From an uncultured Rubrobacteraceae bacterium (GTDB taxonomy: Bacteria; Actinomycetota; Rubrobacteria; Rubrobacterales; Rubrobacteraceae): 64,000 nt of DNA. The notes beneath the pieces were generated by a model. The model had not been told where the DNA came from, did no database searches, and saw only the letters and a program-made list of their open reading frames with translations. Positions 1-8,354 of the stretch are shown piece after piece (the first letter of the stretch is position 1; every line of letters starts with the position of its first letter). The stretch covers positions 5,295 through 69,294 of the forward strand of contig CADCVE010000089.1 in NCBI GenBank assembly GCA_902806065.1, read 5' to 3'. The translations under genes were made by a program, and so were the position numbers.

Positions 1-1164
1 CTGGAGCGTCGTTATGATGACGCGGGCGGCCTGGCCGGCGAGCGCCCCGGCGAGCTGGGATGAGCTCCCGTCTATCTTCTCGACGACGCCGTGAGCATGC
101 TCGAACTGGTAGATGGTCTCCTGGAGCTGCTTGTCCAGGACGACCCGGTCGGTGATGACCACGACCTTGTCGAAGACTTTTGTGTCGTGCGCGTCGTGGA
201 GGCTAGAGAGGCGGTGGGCGAGCCAGGCGATGGTGTTGGACTTGCCGGAGCCGGCGGAGTGCTGAACGAGATAGCTCTCGCCGGGCCCATGCCGCCTGGC
301 GTGGGCGGTGAGCCCGAGCACCGCGTCCCACTGGTGGTAGCGCGGGAAGATCACGGTTCCCAGGGACTTCGAGCCTTTTGCCGGACGCTCCACGTGCACG
401 AAGCGGCCGAGGAGATCCAACCAGGCATCCTTCTCCCACGCCCGCTCCCACAGGTACGCGGTGCGGTGGCCGTTCGGGTTCGGCGGGTTACCCTTGCCGC
501 CCCCGCTTCCCCGGTTGAAGGGCAGGAAGCGTGTTCCGCCCCCGTCGAGCCGCGTGGTCATGGCGACCTGCTCGGTGTCCACGGCGAAGTGGACGACGGC
601 CCTGCGCGCGAGGGTGACGTTCCTGGGGTCGCGGCGCTTGCGGTACTGCTCCTTGGCGTCCTCGACGTTCTGCCCGGTGAGGGCGTTCTTCAGCTCGGCG
701 GTGGCGACGGGGAGGCCGTTGACGAAGAGTGCCAGGTCCAGGGTCCGGTTCGTGCCGGGCTCGTAGGGGAGCTGCTGGGTGACGGTGAGCCGGTTCGCCT
801 CGTAGCGGGCGACGAGCCGCGGCGTGAGCCCGTGGGCCGGCCGGAAGAACGCGAGGCGGATGGTGACGCCAAGATCCACGACCCCGTGGCGCAGCACATC
901 CACCGCGCCGCGGGCGTCCAGCTCCTTAGCCAGCCGGTCCGCGAACCGGTCTCGCGCCTTCGCGTCCCCGCCGTGCAGCTTGACGAGCCGGTCCCACGCC
1001 TCGGGCTGCGTCTCCCCGATAAACGCGAACAGCTCCGCCGTGTCCAGACCAAGCCCCGCGTCGAAGTCTCCGGAAGCGTTGCCGACCTTGACGGTCCGAT
1101 AGCCGCCGCGCTCCACCAGCGCGTTCGCGATGTGCTCCTCGAAAGCCCTCTCGTCTGGCTTCAT
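1..1164 (-). CDS. hsdR: Type I restriction endonuclease R subunit (HsdR), first 388 codons; gene continues past the left window edge
   Basis: Manual minus-strand translation from ATG 1162-1164 (SD GGGAGAG upstream) stays open to position 1. It is absent from the ORF track because it runs off the edge. Sequence MKPDERAFEEHIANALVERGGY... has an HSDR_N-like N-terminus, then helicase motif I QHSAGSGKSNTIAWLA and VVVITDRVVLDKQL. Confidence 0.8.
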   Translation of the reverse strand, partial: MKPDERAFEEHIANALVERGGYRTVKVGNASGDFDAGLGLDTAELFAFIGETQPEAWDRLVKLHGGDAKARDRFADRLAKELDARGAVDVLRHGVVDLGVTIRLAFFRPAHGLTPRLVARYEANRLTVTQQLPYEPGTNRTLDLALFVNGLPVATAELKNALTGQNVEDAKEQYRKRRDPRNVTLARRAVVHFAVDTEQVAMTTRLDGGGTRFLPFNRGSGGGKGNPPNPNGHRTAYLWERAWEKDAWLDLLGRFVHVERPAKGSKSLGTVIFPRYHQWDAVLGLTAHARRHGPGESYLVQHSAGSGKSNTIAWLAHRLSSLHDAHDTKVFDKVVVITDRVVLDKQLQETIYQFEHAHGVVEKIDGSSSQLAGALAGQAARVIITTLQ

Positions 1165-1228
1165 TTGACGGTGCTCTCCCTGTCCGCCCCCATCCGTTTG
1201 GAAGACCCGCACAGCCACCGGTCTTGCT

Positions 1229-1573
1229 TCATAGCGCCAGGACCGTCCTCAGACCGTCCTCCACGGCCAGCATGGCGCGCGCATCCACGAGGCCCGCCTT
1301 CTCCGCCAGGAACGACTTGTCCACGGTTAAGACCTGGGAGACGTTCACCACCGAGTCTCTGGGCAGTCCCGTCTCCTCGGCGGCGATGAGCACGTTCCCA
1401 GGGGCCGCCGCGAGGCGGAGGTTGGTGGTCAGGACCGCCGCGACCACGGTTCGTATGCGGCTACCGTTGAACTCGTCGGAGGAGACCACGAGGACGGGCC
1501 GCCGGTAGCCGGGTTCCGAAGCGGCGGGTTCGGGGAGCCCGGCCCACCAGACCTCGCCGCGCCGGATCACCAC
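1229..1573 (-). CDS. mazF: MazF/PemK-family type II toxin (endoribonuclease)
   Basis: 114 aa. RRGEVWWAGLPEPAASEPGYRRPVLVVSSDEFN...AVLTTN is a typical PemK/MazF signature. GTG start overlaps the upstream antitoxin stop by 7 nt. Confidence 0.8.
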   Translation of the reverse strand: MVIRRGEVWWAGLPEPAASEPGYRRPVLVVSSDEFNGSRIRTVVAAVLTTNLRLAAAPGNVLIAAEETGLPRDSVVNVSQVLTVDKSFLAEKAGLVDARAMLAVEDGLRTVLAL

Positions 1574-1812
1574 TCGTCTTCGAGCAGGGACCGCCCCTGC
1601 AGCCTCGCAACGACCGGGTCCAGGCCGCTGGCTTCGCCCTCTTCCGCGCCGTAGACCTCGTCGAGGCGCTCCGTGATCCCCTCTCCCCTGTGCTCTCGCA
1701 GGTAATCTCGCAGGGCCTTTGCGTAAAGCTCGCTGCGCGACACCCCAAGCCGCCGGGCAAACCCCTCCGCCGACTCGAAAAGCTCGTCCGGGATGGATAC
1801 CGCTGTTTTCAT
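1567..1812 (-). CDS. Ribbon-helix-helix (CopG/MazE-like) antitoxin
   Basis: 81 aa. MKTAVSIPDELFESAEGFARRLGVSRSELYAKALRDYL is an RHH fold signature with an acidic C-terminal tail. Translationally coupled to mazF. Confidence 0.7.
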   Translation of the reverse strand: MKTAVSIPDELFESAEGFARRLGVSRSELYAKALRDYLREHRGEGITERLDEVYGAEEGEASGLDPVVARLQGRSLLEDEW

Positions 1813-1818
1813 TAGCTT

Positions 1819-1838
1819 AGTATAACCCTGGTTATACT
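1819..1838. promoter_or_regulatory. Perfect 9-bp inverted repeat AGTATAACC-ct-GGTTATACT just upstream of the RHH antitoxin start; putative autoregulatory operator
   Basis: Read directly from the sequence, 7 nt upstream of ATG 1812. TA operons are classically autorepressed at palindromes like this. Confidence 0.45.
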
Positions 1839-1942
1839 GTCCGACAAAGCGCCTGAGTCTTCACGTCTCGGGAGACGCGGTAGGCGCCAGCGGTAGTTTC
1901 AGGGCAATCGCCGCCTTCCGCACATCCGGACACGGCGGCAGG

Positions 1943-2401
1943 TCAGCCGTCCGCCTCACGTCCAGTCCTGGGCTCGTCACCGTACACCGCCAGGTCGGCC
2001 CCCCTCGCGGCGTCGTTGAGGCGGTTGTCAAAGGCGAGAAAACGCAGGTCCTCGAACCTCTCCGAAAGGCGGACGGCGCTGACCAGGTGTATGGAGTCGT
2101 AGCCCCGCAATGAGTGAAGCTCGGCCAGCCCGCCCGCGAGGTAGGAGAGGGAGTTGGATATGTTCAGCCGGACGTAGGCCGGCCAGTCTTAGTCGAGGTC
2201 GGAGACGGCCCGCCGCAGATCATCCGCGGTGAAGACCCCTTCCCTCTGCTTACGGGCAAGCCCTGCGCGGGCCTCCGCGTAGGCGACGGTCGAAGTGGCA
2301 ACCCTCTCGGACTCCTCGACGGCCAGGCGGACCAGCTCGCGGCCGTCCTCCTCCGCAGCGTAAAGCTTCACCAGCGCACTGGTATCGCGGTAGGCGATCA
2401 A
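1943..2401 (-). pseudogene. vapC: VapC-type PIN-domain toxin interrupted by an in-frame TAA (2189-2191)
   Basis: The track ORF 2189-2401 (MIAYRDTSALVKLYAAEE...) is only the N-terminal half of a PIN domain. The same frame continues after the stop for 81 codons (DWPAYVRLNISNSLSYLAGGLAELHSLRGYDSIHLVSAV...FDNRLNDAA) to TGA 1943-1945. That tail carries the remaining conserved acidic PIN residues. Confidence 0.75.
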
Positions 2402-2404
2402 ACA

Positions 2405-2662
2405 CTATCGGCGGTCCTCGATTACGGCCTCTGAGACCGGGTTTCCCCCACCCCTGGGCCTAGGCGGATTCTCGCTGCCCCGCGGCTTCACGCCCGGCGG
2501 CGGTAGCGTCAGCTCCTCTTCGCCGTCGTTCTCCAGCGATAGCTCATGCCGGATGGCACCCAAAATCCACTCCCTGATCGACTGATCCCGGCTCGCCGCG
2601 GCGATCTTCACGCGACGCCGCAACTCCGGCTCCACCTCCAGCGTTAGCTTTACCCTCGCCAT
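2405..2662 (-). CDS. VapB-like antitoxin (RHH/ParG-like N-terminus)
   Basis: 85 aa. MARVKLTLEVEPELRRRVKIAAASRDQSIREWILGAIRHEL. Its stop lies 3 nt before the vapC TTG start. Confidence 0.65.
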   Translation of the reverse strand: MARVKLTLEVEPELRRRVKIAAASRDQSIREWILGAIRHELSLENDGEEELTLPPPGVKPRGSENPPRPRGGGNPVSEAVIEDRR

Positions 2663-2680
2663 CTCGCTCCTCTGTCAACG

Positions 2681-2698
2681 CGTAAATGCGTATTTACG
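2681..2698. promoter_or_regulatory. Inverted repeat CGTAAAT-gcgt-ATTTACG upstream of vapB; putative operator
   Basis: Seen in sequence 19-36 nt upstream of ATG 2662, inside an AT-rich stretch. Confidence 0.4.
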
Positions 2699-2760
2699 TA
2701 TTTTATGGTAAACGCACTCCGGGCTTTGCCAGCGGCCGGCCTGGCCCTTTAACGTTTGGC

Positions 2761-2886
2761 TCACGACGCCGTGGCTCCCGGAACCTTGAGTTGCCCCGTC
2801 ACGGCTGCTGTGATGAGCGCCTGCCGGTGCTCAGAGAGAAGTTCGATTTGTCGTTCAAGCCTGCCTAGTATTTTGGACGTCGCTGT
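2761..2886 (-). pseudogene. hsdS: C-terminal 41-codon remnant of a type I restriction specificity subunit (HsdS)
   Basis: Minus-strand translation between TAG 2887-2889 and TGA 2761-2763 gives TATSKILGRLERQIELLSEHRQALITAAVTGQLKVPGATAS. The ...RQALITAAVTGQL.V motif is the conserved HsdS C-terminal helix. No upstream target-recognition domain is present in any frame. Confidence 0.6.
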
Positions 2887-2894
2887 CTACGATA

Positions 2895-3143
2895 TTGCAG
2901 GTAGACGGCAAGTCAATCCGGGGCAACGGCGCCGACCCGGACCTCGTGGACGTTGGCGAAACACTAGCCGGCATCCCTCCGCAGCAGAGGCCCGACCAGA
3001 TCATAGGCCCACCGGACTGGACAGAGGCTCTAGGCCGCTCGCAGGACGAGGGCTGGATCCTGGACGAAGACCAGCTAGAGCTCCACGAGGACCACATCCA
3101 CATCGGCTACCGAACCGAGGACTACACTTCCAACACCGAATAG
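2895..3143 (+). CDS. Hypothetical acidic 82-aa ORF (TTG start), possibly another gene fragment
   Basis: It is the only frame in 2890-3160 with coding-like third-position GC. I recognise no family. Confidence 0.2.
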   Translation: MQVDGKSIRGNGADPDLVDVGETLAGIPPQQRPDQIIGPPDWTEALGRSQDEGWILDEDQLELHEDHIHIGYRTEDYTSNTE

Positions 3144-3162
3144 AAAGACAGGAATGGTTGCT

Positions 3163-4176
3163 TTACGCGGCCGATCTCTCCCCTAAAGTCGGTATGATCT
3201 CCTCCCCATAAGCATCCAGCGTCTCCTCTTGTGCGTCGTGCATCAGATAGATGTTGAACTGATCCACACCCATGTCCTTCAGTTGCGTCAGCTTCGCTAC
3301 GTGGTCCTCGACGGTGCCGAGGACGCAGAAATGATCCACAATCCCATCGGGCACGAAATCAACTGTCGGGTTGCCGACCTGACCGTGGTGGCTGTAGTCA
3401 TAGCCTTCGCGGCGCGCCCTGATGTAGTCTGTGAGAGCGTGCGGGACCTCGCTATCTTCGCCGTAGCGAGCCACCAGATCCTCGACGTGGTTGCCAACCA
3501 TCCCCCCAAACCACCGGCACTGCTCGCGTGCGTGATTCAAGTCTTCGCTGACATAGGCCGGGGCCGCTACGCATATCTTCACGTCCCTGGGGTCACGGCC
3601 CGCCGTTCTTGCGGCGTCGTGGACGTGCTTCATGGTCCACTCCAGAATAACGGGATCCGCAAGCTGCAAGATGAACCCGTCGGCCTTGCGCCCAACGAGG
3701 TCCAGAGCCTTCGGACCGTAAGCGGCCATCCATACGTCGAGCTTGCCATTTTTTATCCACGGGATATGGACTCCGAGGCCATCTACATCCACCTCGCGTC
3801 CTTCCGCCAGATCCTTGATCGTGCGCATCGCACGCTCCACCTCGGTCAACTTTGTCGGCTTGCGCCCGAGGACGCGCTGCACGGAGTCGCCCCGCCCGAT
3901 GCCGCAGATGGTGCGGTTCCCAAACATGTCGTTGAGCGTTGCGAGAGTGGAAGCCGTTACCGATGGATCCCGGCTCGCCGGGTTCGTGACCATAGGACCG
4001 ACCATGATGCTCTTAGTGTTAGAGAGCATCTGCGAGTATATGACGTACGGCTCCTGCCACAGTATGTGCGAGTCGAACGTCCACGCGTGCGTGAACCCAA
4101 GTCGTTCGGCTCGCTGTGTTAACTCAATAACACGGCTTGCGGGAGGGTCAGTCTGGAAAGTTACTCCAAAGTCCAT
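3163..4176 (-). CDS. LLM-class (luciferase-like, Mer-like) F420-dependent oxidoreductase
   Basis: MDFGVTFQTDPPASRVIELTQRAERLGFTHAWTFDSHILWQEPYV... is a typical LLM TIM-barrel. I chose ATG 4176 (SD AGGAGAG) because the track ORF start 4287 would overlap the upstream permease. Confidence 0.8.
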   Translation of the reverse strand: MDFGVTFQTDPPASRVIELTQRAERLGFTHAWTFDSHILWQEPYVIYSQMLSNTKSIMVGPMVTNPASRDPSVTASTLATLNDMFGNRTICGIGRGDSVQRVLGRKPTKLTEVERAMRTIKDLAEGREVDVDGLGVHIPWIKNGKLDVWMAAYGPKALDLVGRKADGFILQLADPVILEWTMKHVHDAARTAGRDPRDVKICVAAPAYVSEDLNHAREQCRWFGGMVGNHVEDLVARYGEDSEVPHALTDYIRARREGYDYSHHGQVGNPTVDFVPDGIVDHFCVLGTVEDHVAKLTQLKDMGVDQFNIYLMHDAQEETLDAYGEEIIPTLGERSAA

Positions 4177-4240
4177 GCACTCTCCTGTTCCGCTGGCTGG
4201 TGGGGTGGTTCGGAAACGACGTGCCCCGTGTTCTAGCGGG

Positions 4241-5764
4241 TTACTCCGGGATGGCTTCCCGATCCTCGGTTGCCTCGGGGGCGCCACCGCCTATTTTGGT
4301 CATTACCAGGTATGAGAAGGCGGCCACTGTGAAGGTGAAGAAGAGGCCATAGGTATAGAGGGAGTCGAGGAAGGTCGGGTTGGCGACTATACCGCCGGGG
4401 GTAACGGCCGCGTTCAGGAAGCCTGGAACGACCGGGACCACGCCCACGAGAACCGCGATCAGTGCCCTCCAGTTGTAGCCGCCGGAGTAGGCGTAGATGC
4501 CATCGGGCTTGTAGAGCTCGGCCAGGTCCAGGCGGCGCTTTCGCACGATCCAGTAGTCCACGATCATCACGGCCCCTATCGCTCCAAGCAGACTCCCGTA
4601 ACCCACCAGCCAGGTGAAGACATAGGCTCCGGCACTCTCCAGCAGAATCCACGGGAACGAGACGACGCCGATGAGCGCGGTGATGAGGCCGCCGGTCTTG
4701 AACGAGATGTACTTCGGGGCCAGGTTCGAGAAGTCGTTCGAGGGGGACACTACGTTCGCCGCCATGTTCGTGGAGATCTGGGCGATGACGATTACCACCA
4801 TCGCGATCACGAGCACGACGGGGCCAGATATCTGGGTGATAAGTACGACCGGGTCCCAGACGGCCTCACCGAAGATGACCACGGTCGCCGCCGTGACGGC
4901 AATGCCGATGAAGCTAAAGGCAGTCATGGTCAGTGGGAGGCCAAGAGCCTGCCCCATAGCCTGGGAGCGCTGGCTCTTCGCGTAGCGGGTGAAATCCGGG
5001 ATGTTCAAGGAGATCGTGATCCAGTAGCCCACATTCGCCGCGAGCGACGGCCAAAAGAGTGTCCAGAACGGGGTACTACCCTGCTGCAACTCCACCGAGG
5101 AGGTGAATACGTTGCTTATACCGCCACCCGCGGAGAAAGCCCAGACAAGCAAGGCAATGCTCCCAACGATGAGGAGCGGCGCCGAGAAGGACTCGAAGTA
5201 CTTGATCCCCTCCATTCCACCCAGAATGATAGCCACCTGCAACACCCAGAACGCAAAGAAGGTTATAAACTCGTGCCCCGCTACCCCGGCCCATCCACCC
5301 CAGAGCACCGTAAGCAGAGCGTCGAGCGCCAAACCACCCAGCCACGTCTGGATGCCAAACCACCCACAGGCCACGAGCGCGCGGGCTATCGCGGCCACGT
5401 TAGCCCCCTTTGTCCCGAACGAGGAGCGCACGAAGACCGGGAAGGGCACGCCGTACTTCGTCCCCGCGTGGGCATTGAGGATCATCGGGATGAGCACGAT
5501 GAGGTTGCCCAAAGAGATAGTCAGGAGCGCCTGCCACCAGTTCATCCCGGCGACCATCAGGCCCGAGGCGAGGGTGTAAGTCGTTATGACTATAGCCATA
5601 CCGACCCACAGCGCCGCGATATTGTAGGTAGTCCAGGTACGACGCTCGGGCCCCGTGGGAGACAGGTCTTCGTTGTACAGGCTGGAGGACATCACCTCGG
5701 CCTTGATCCGGGCTAGCTGCGCCTCATCCCTTACCGCCAGATCGTTGAACTCTTCCCGCTCCAA
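4241..5764 (-). CDS. NCS1-family nucleobase/hydantoin:cation symporter
   Basis: 507 aa, about 12 TM segments. N-terminal NEDLSPTGPERRTWTTYNIAALWVGMAI is the NCS1 (cytosine/uracil/allantoin/hydantoin permease) signature. Confidence 0.85.
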   Translation of the reverse strand: MEREEFNDLAVRDEAQLARIKAEVMSSSLYNEDLSPTGPERRTWTTYNIAALWVGMAIVITTYTLASGLMVAGMNWWQALLTISLGNLIVLIPMILNAHAGTKYGVPFPVFVRSSFGTKGANVAAIARALVACGWFGIQTWLGGLALDALLTVLWGGWAGVAGHEFITFFAFWVLQVAIILGGMEGIKYFESFSAPLLIVGSIALLVWAFSAGGGISNVFTSSVELQQGSTPFWTLFWPSLAANVGYWITISLNIPDFTRYAKSQRSQAMGQALGLPLTMTAFSFIGIAVTAATVVIFGEAVWDPVVLITQISGPVVLVIAMVVIVIAQISTNMAANVVSPSNDFSNLAPKYISFKTGGLITALIGVVSFPWILLESAGAYVFTWLVGYGSLLGAIGAVMIVDYWIVRKRRLDLAELYKPDGIYAYSGGYNWRALIAVLVGVVPVVPGFLNAAVTPGGIVANPTFLDSLYTYGLFFTFTVAAFSYLVMTKIGGGAPEATEDREAIPE

Positions 5765-5790
5765 GGCTTCGCCCCTTTCCCTCGTGGCTC

Positions 5791-7056
5791 CTATGCCGTT
5801 CTGGCTACCAGATCCATGGTCTTCACCGCGAGCCGGTGCAACGCCCGAACAGCCAACTCCAGGTCCTCCTCCGGCGTGTCCTCCTCCTTCGTATGGCTCA
5901 GGCCCTTGAGGCTCTTCACGAAGAGCATCACCGTCGGCATAAGCCGCGCCATCTCGGCGGCGTCGTGCAAGGGGCCGCTCGGCAGCCGGTGAGATTCTCC
6001 GGCGACTTCGTTGATAGCTTCTTCGGCAAGCGAGATCAAGCCCTCGTCAAACGGTATCGGCTCGATCTCCCACAGCCGCTCCCACTCGACCGAGACGTTC
6101 TCTTCCCCGGCAACCCTCTCACTCGCCTCCTTCGCCGTCTCCAGCATCTCCGCGAGCACACCCGCATCGAGGGCGCGCTGGTCCAGCGACATCTCGCACC
6201 ACCCGTTGAACGCCGTGACGATAGCCGGACTGACGTTCACGAAGCCGGTCGTGGCGCGCACGTCGTCCCGGCGGGTAGCATCGTCCCGGCGGGTAGCATC
6301 GTCCCGGAACTCGATGGCCGACCGTGCCGCCGCTACAAAAGCGTCCCTCCTCATGTCCATCGGTGTCGAGCCGGAGTGGGCGTGCTGGCCAGTAAAGCGA
6401 ACCGCGTGCCGCTCCACCCCGAACGTACCGAGCACCACCCCGAGCGGCAGGTCAATACGCTCCAACACCGGCCCCTGCTCGATGTGCAACTCCAGGTAAG
6501 CGACGGCATTCTCTAGCTGTTTACCTGCCTCGTTCACCCTGTCTAGATCTATGCCGTGTTCCGCCAGGGCATTCGGGAGCGCGATGCCGTCCCTATCTTC
6601 TAGCCCACGCACGTCGTCTGGCTTGAGAGTGCCCGTGGCGGCGGCGGAGCCGAAGAGGCTGCGGCCGAAGCGGGCGCCCTCCTCGTCGGCCCAGTCCACG
6701 AGCCGCAGGGTAACGGGACGTTTCTGGGGGGCGAGCACGCGGAGGACTTCGAGCGCGCCGATCACGTTCAGGGCGCCGTCCAGCCAGCCGCCGTTGGGAA
6801 CCGAGTCCAGGTGGCCGCCGAGGATCACGGCTTTTTCGGAGTCGCCGGCGGTAGAGGTCGCCCAGAGGTTGCCGGCCTCGTCGACCTCTACCTCTATGCC
6901 TTCGATCTCGTCGAGCTTCTCACGCAGCCAGGTACGGGCCTTCGTCCACTCCTCGGTCCAGGCGACCCGGCGCGCTCCTTCCGGGCCGCCGGTGAGGCCA
7001 GCCAGTTCCTTCAACTCCTCGACAGCGCGGCGGGCGTCTACCTGCGCGGCCTGCAC
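5791..7056 (-). CDS. M20-family N-carbamoyl-amino-acid / beta-ureidopropionase-type amidohydrolase
   Basis: GGPEGARRVAWTEEWTKARTWL...ILGGHLDSVPNGGWLDGALNV...FTGQHAHSGSTPM match the allantoate amidohydrolase / HyuC family. The likely GTG start at 7056 overlaps the upstream TAG (TAGTG). The track ORF start 7215 lies inside the aminotransferase gene. Confidence 0.8.
   Translation of the reverse strand: MQAAQVDARRAVEELKELAGLTGGPEGARRVAWTEEWTKARTWLREKLDEIEGIEVEVDEAGNLWATSTAGDSEKAVILGGHLDSVPNGGWLDGALNVIGALEVLRVLAPQKRPVTLRLVDWADEEGARFGRSLFGSAAATGTLKPDDVRGLEDRDGIALPNALAEHGIDLDRVNEAGKQLENAVAYLELHIEQGPVLERIDLPLGVVLGTFGVERHAVRFTGQHAHSGSTPMDMRRDAFVAAARSAIEFRDDATRRDDATRRDDVRATTGFVNVSPAIVTAFNGWCEMSLDQRALDAGVLAEMLETAKEASERVAGEENVSVEWERLWEIEPIPFDEGLISLAEEAINEVAGESHRLPSGPLHDAAEMARLMPTVMLFVKSLKGLSHTKEEDTPEEDLELAVRALHRLAVKTMDLVARTA
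6263..6307. repeat. 2.5 copies of an 18-bp in-frame tandem repeat (TCGTCCCGGCGGGTAGCA) inside the amidohydrolase gene
   Basis: Direct reading. It encodes the duplicated hexapeptide DDATRR-DDATRR-DDV. Confidence 0.9.
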
Positions 7057-8354
7057 TATCCGACCTTCTCCGTCGCCCCGGCAATGGCGAGCGCCTCCTC
7101 GAAGACGTTCGCGGCCTCCTCGGCGGCCTCGCGGGTGATGGTGAGCGGTGGCGAGATGCGGATGGCGTTCGCCTTTATGCCACCCTTGCCGACGAGCACG
7201 CCCCGGGTCCGGCACTCCTGCATGAACCTCACGGCCGCCGCCGGGTCCGGCTCCCCGCCGGGTCCGACGATCTCGATGCCGAGCATCAACCCGCGCCCGC
7301 GCACCTCGGCGACGGCGGGGTTGTTCTCGGACATCTTTATCAGGCGGTCCTTGAGGTAGCCACCGATCTCGTCGGCGTTCTGCTGGAGGTTGTGCTCCAG
7401 GATGTACTCTATATTTGCCAGGGCGCCAGCGGTGGAGAGGTGGTTGCCGCCGAAGGTGGAGACGTGGAGGTTGCCGGAGATGGAGTCTATAAGCTCAGTG
7501 CGACCCACTACGGCGCCGATGGAGAGACCGTTGCCGAGGCCTTTGGCCAGCGTGATCATGTCCGGCTCCACCCCGTGCGCCTCGATGCCCCAGAAGTGGC
7601 TACCCGTCCGTCCGAACGCCGTCTGTACCTCATCCGCGATGAACAAGATGCCATGCTCGTCCAGGATGCTCTTCACCCGCTCGAAGTATCCCGGCGGCGC
7701 CTCGATAAACCCGCCCACACCCTGTATCGGCTCCGCGATGAACGCCGCAACGTGCCCGGTCGTCGCCGTCTCGATGACGCCCTGCACGTCGTCTGCGCAG
7801 AGCAGGTTGCACTTACCATCGCAGAACTTGCAGCGGTACTGGTAGGGGTTCGCGACGTAGGAGACGTCGAGCGGTGAGCGGGCCGTCGGCTTCCACGAAG
7901 CCTGGCCCGTAATTGCCATCGTCGCGAACGAGCGTCCGTGGTAGGAGCTACGCAGCGCCAGTACCTCGCTAGATCCTCGATGCGTCGTCGCGAACAGCAG
8001 CGCGGCCTCGTTCGCCTCGGTGCCGCTGACGGTAAAGAAGACCTTCTGGTCGCCGGAGATCGGGGAGAGCGAGACCAGCTTCTCGGCCAGCTTTACCTGG
8101 TTCTCGATCAGGTAAAGCGTAGAGGAATGGAAGATCTTCCCGGCCTGCTCGCGCACAGCCTCGACGATCTCCGGCACGTTGTGCCCACTGATCGTTGTAA
8201 CGATCCCCCCGAAGAAGTCCAGGTACTCGTTCCCCTCCGAGTCCCAGACCTTGAAGCCCTCGCCGCGCACCAACTCCATCGGGCGTTCGTAGTACAGTGA
8301 GATCCACTCTGGCAAGACCGCCTTGTGCCGCTCCCTCAACTCGTCCGGGTTCAT
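7056..8354 (-). CDS. Class-III PLP-dependent aminotransferase (beta-alanine/omega-amino acid type)
   Basis: 432 aa. GEGFKVWDSEGNEYLDFFGGIVTTISGHNVPEIVEAV...FIADEVQTAFGRTG is the class-III aminotransferase pattern. ATGA overlap with the hydantoinase stop. Confidence 0.85.
   Translation of the reverse strand: MNPDELRERHKAVLPEWISLYYERPMELVRGEGFKVWDSEGNEYLDFFGGIVTTISGHNVPEIVEAVREQAGKIFHSSTLYLIENQVKLAEKLVSLSPISGDQKVFFTVSGTEANEAALLFATTHRGSSEVLALRSSYHGRSFATMAITGQASWKPTARSPLDVSYVANPYQYRCKFCDGKCNLLCADDVQGVIETATTGHVAAFIAEPIQGVGGFIEAPPGYFERVKSILDEHGILFIADEVQTAFGRTGSHFWGIEAHGVEPDMITLAKGLGNGLSIGAVVGRTELIDSISGNLHVSTFGGNHLSTAGALANIEYILEHNLQQNADEIGGYLKDRLIKMSENNPAVAEVRGRGLMLGIEIVGPGGEPDPAAAVRFMQECRTRGVLVGKGGIKANAIRISPPLTITREAAEEAANVFEEALAIAGATEKVG

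Noticed and set aside
91-1389. Long plus-strand ORF (432 aa). Similar long ORFs lie antisense to real genes, e.g. 8297-9403, 11656-12534, 24946-25770, 51406-52530 and 57698-58567.
   Set aside because: They are Arg/Pro/Gly/Ala-rich low-complexity translations with no motifs. Each lies exactly opposite a gene with clear family signatures. This is the usual high-GC antisense ORF artefact.
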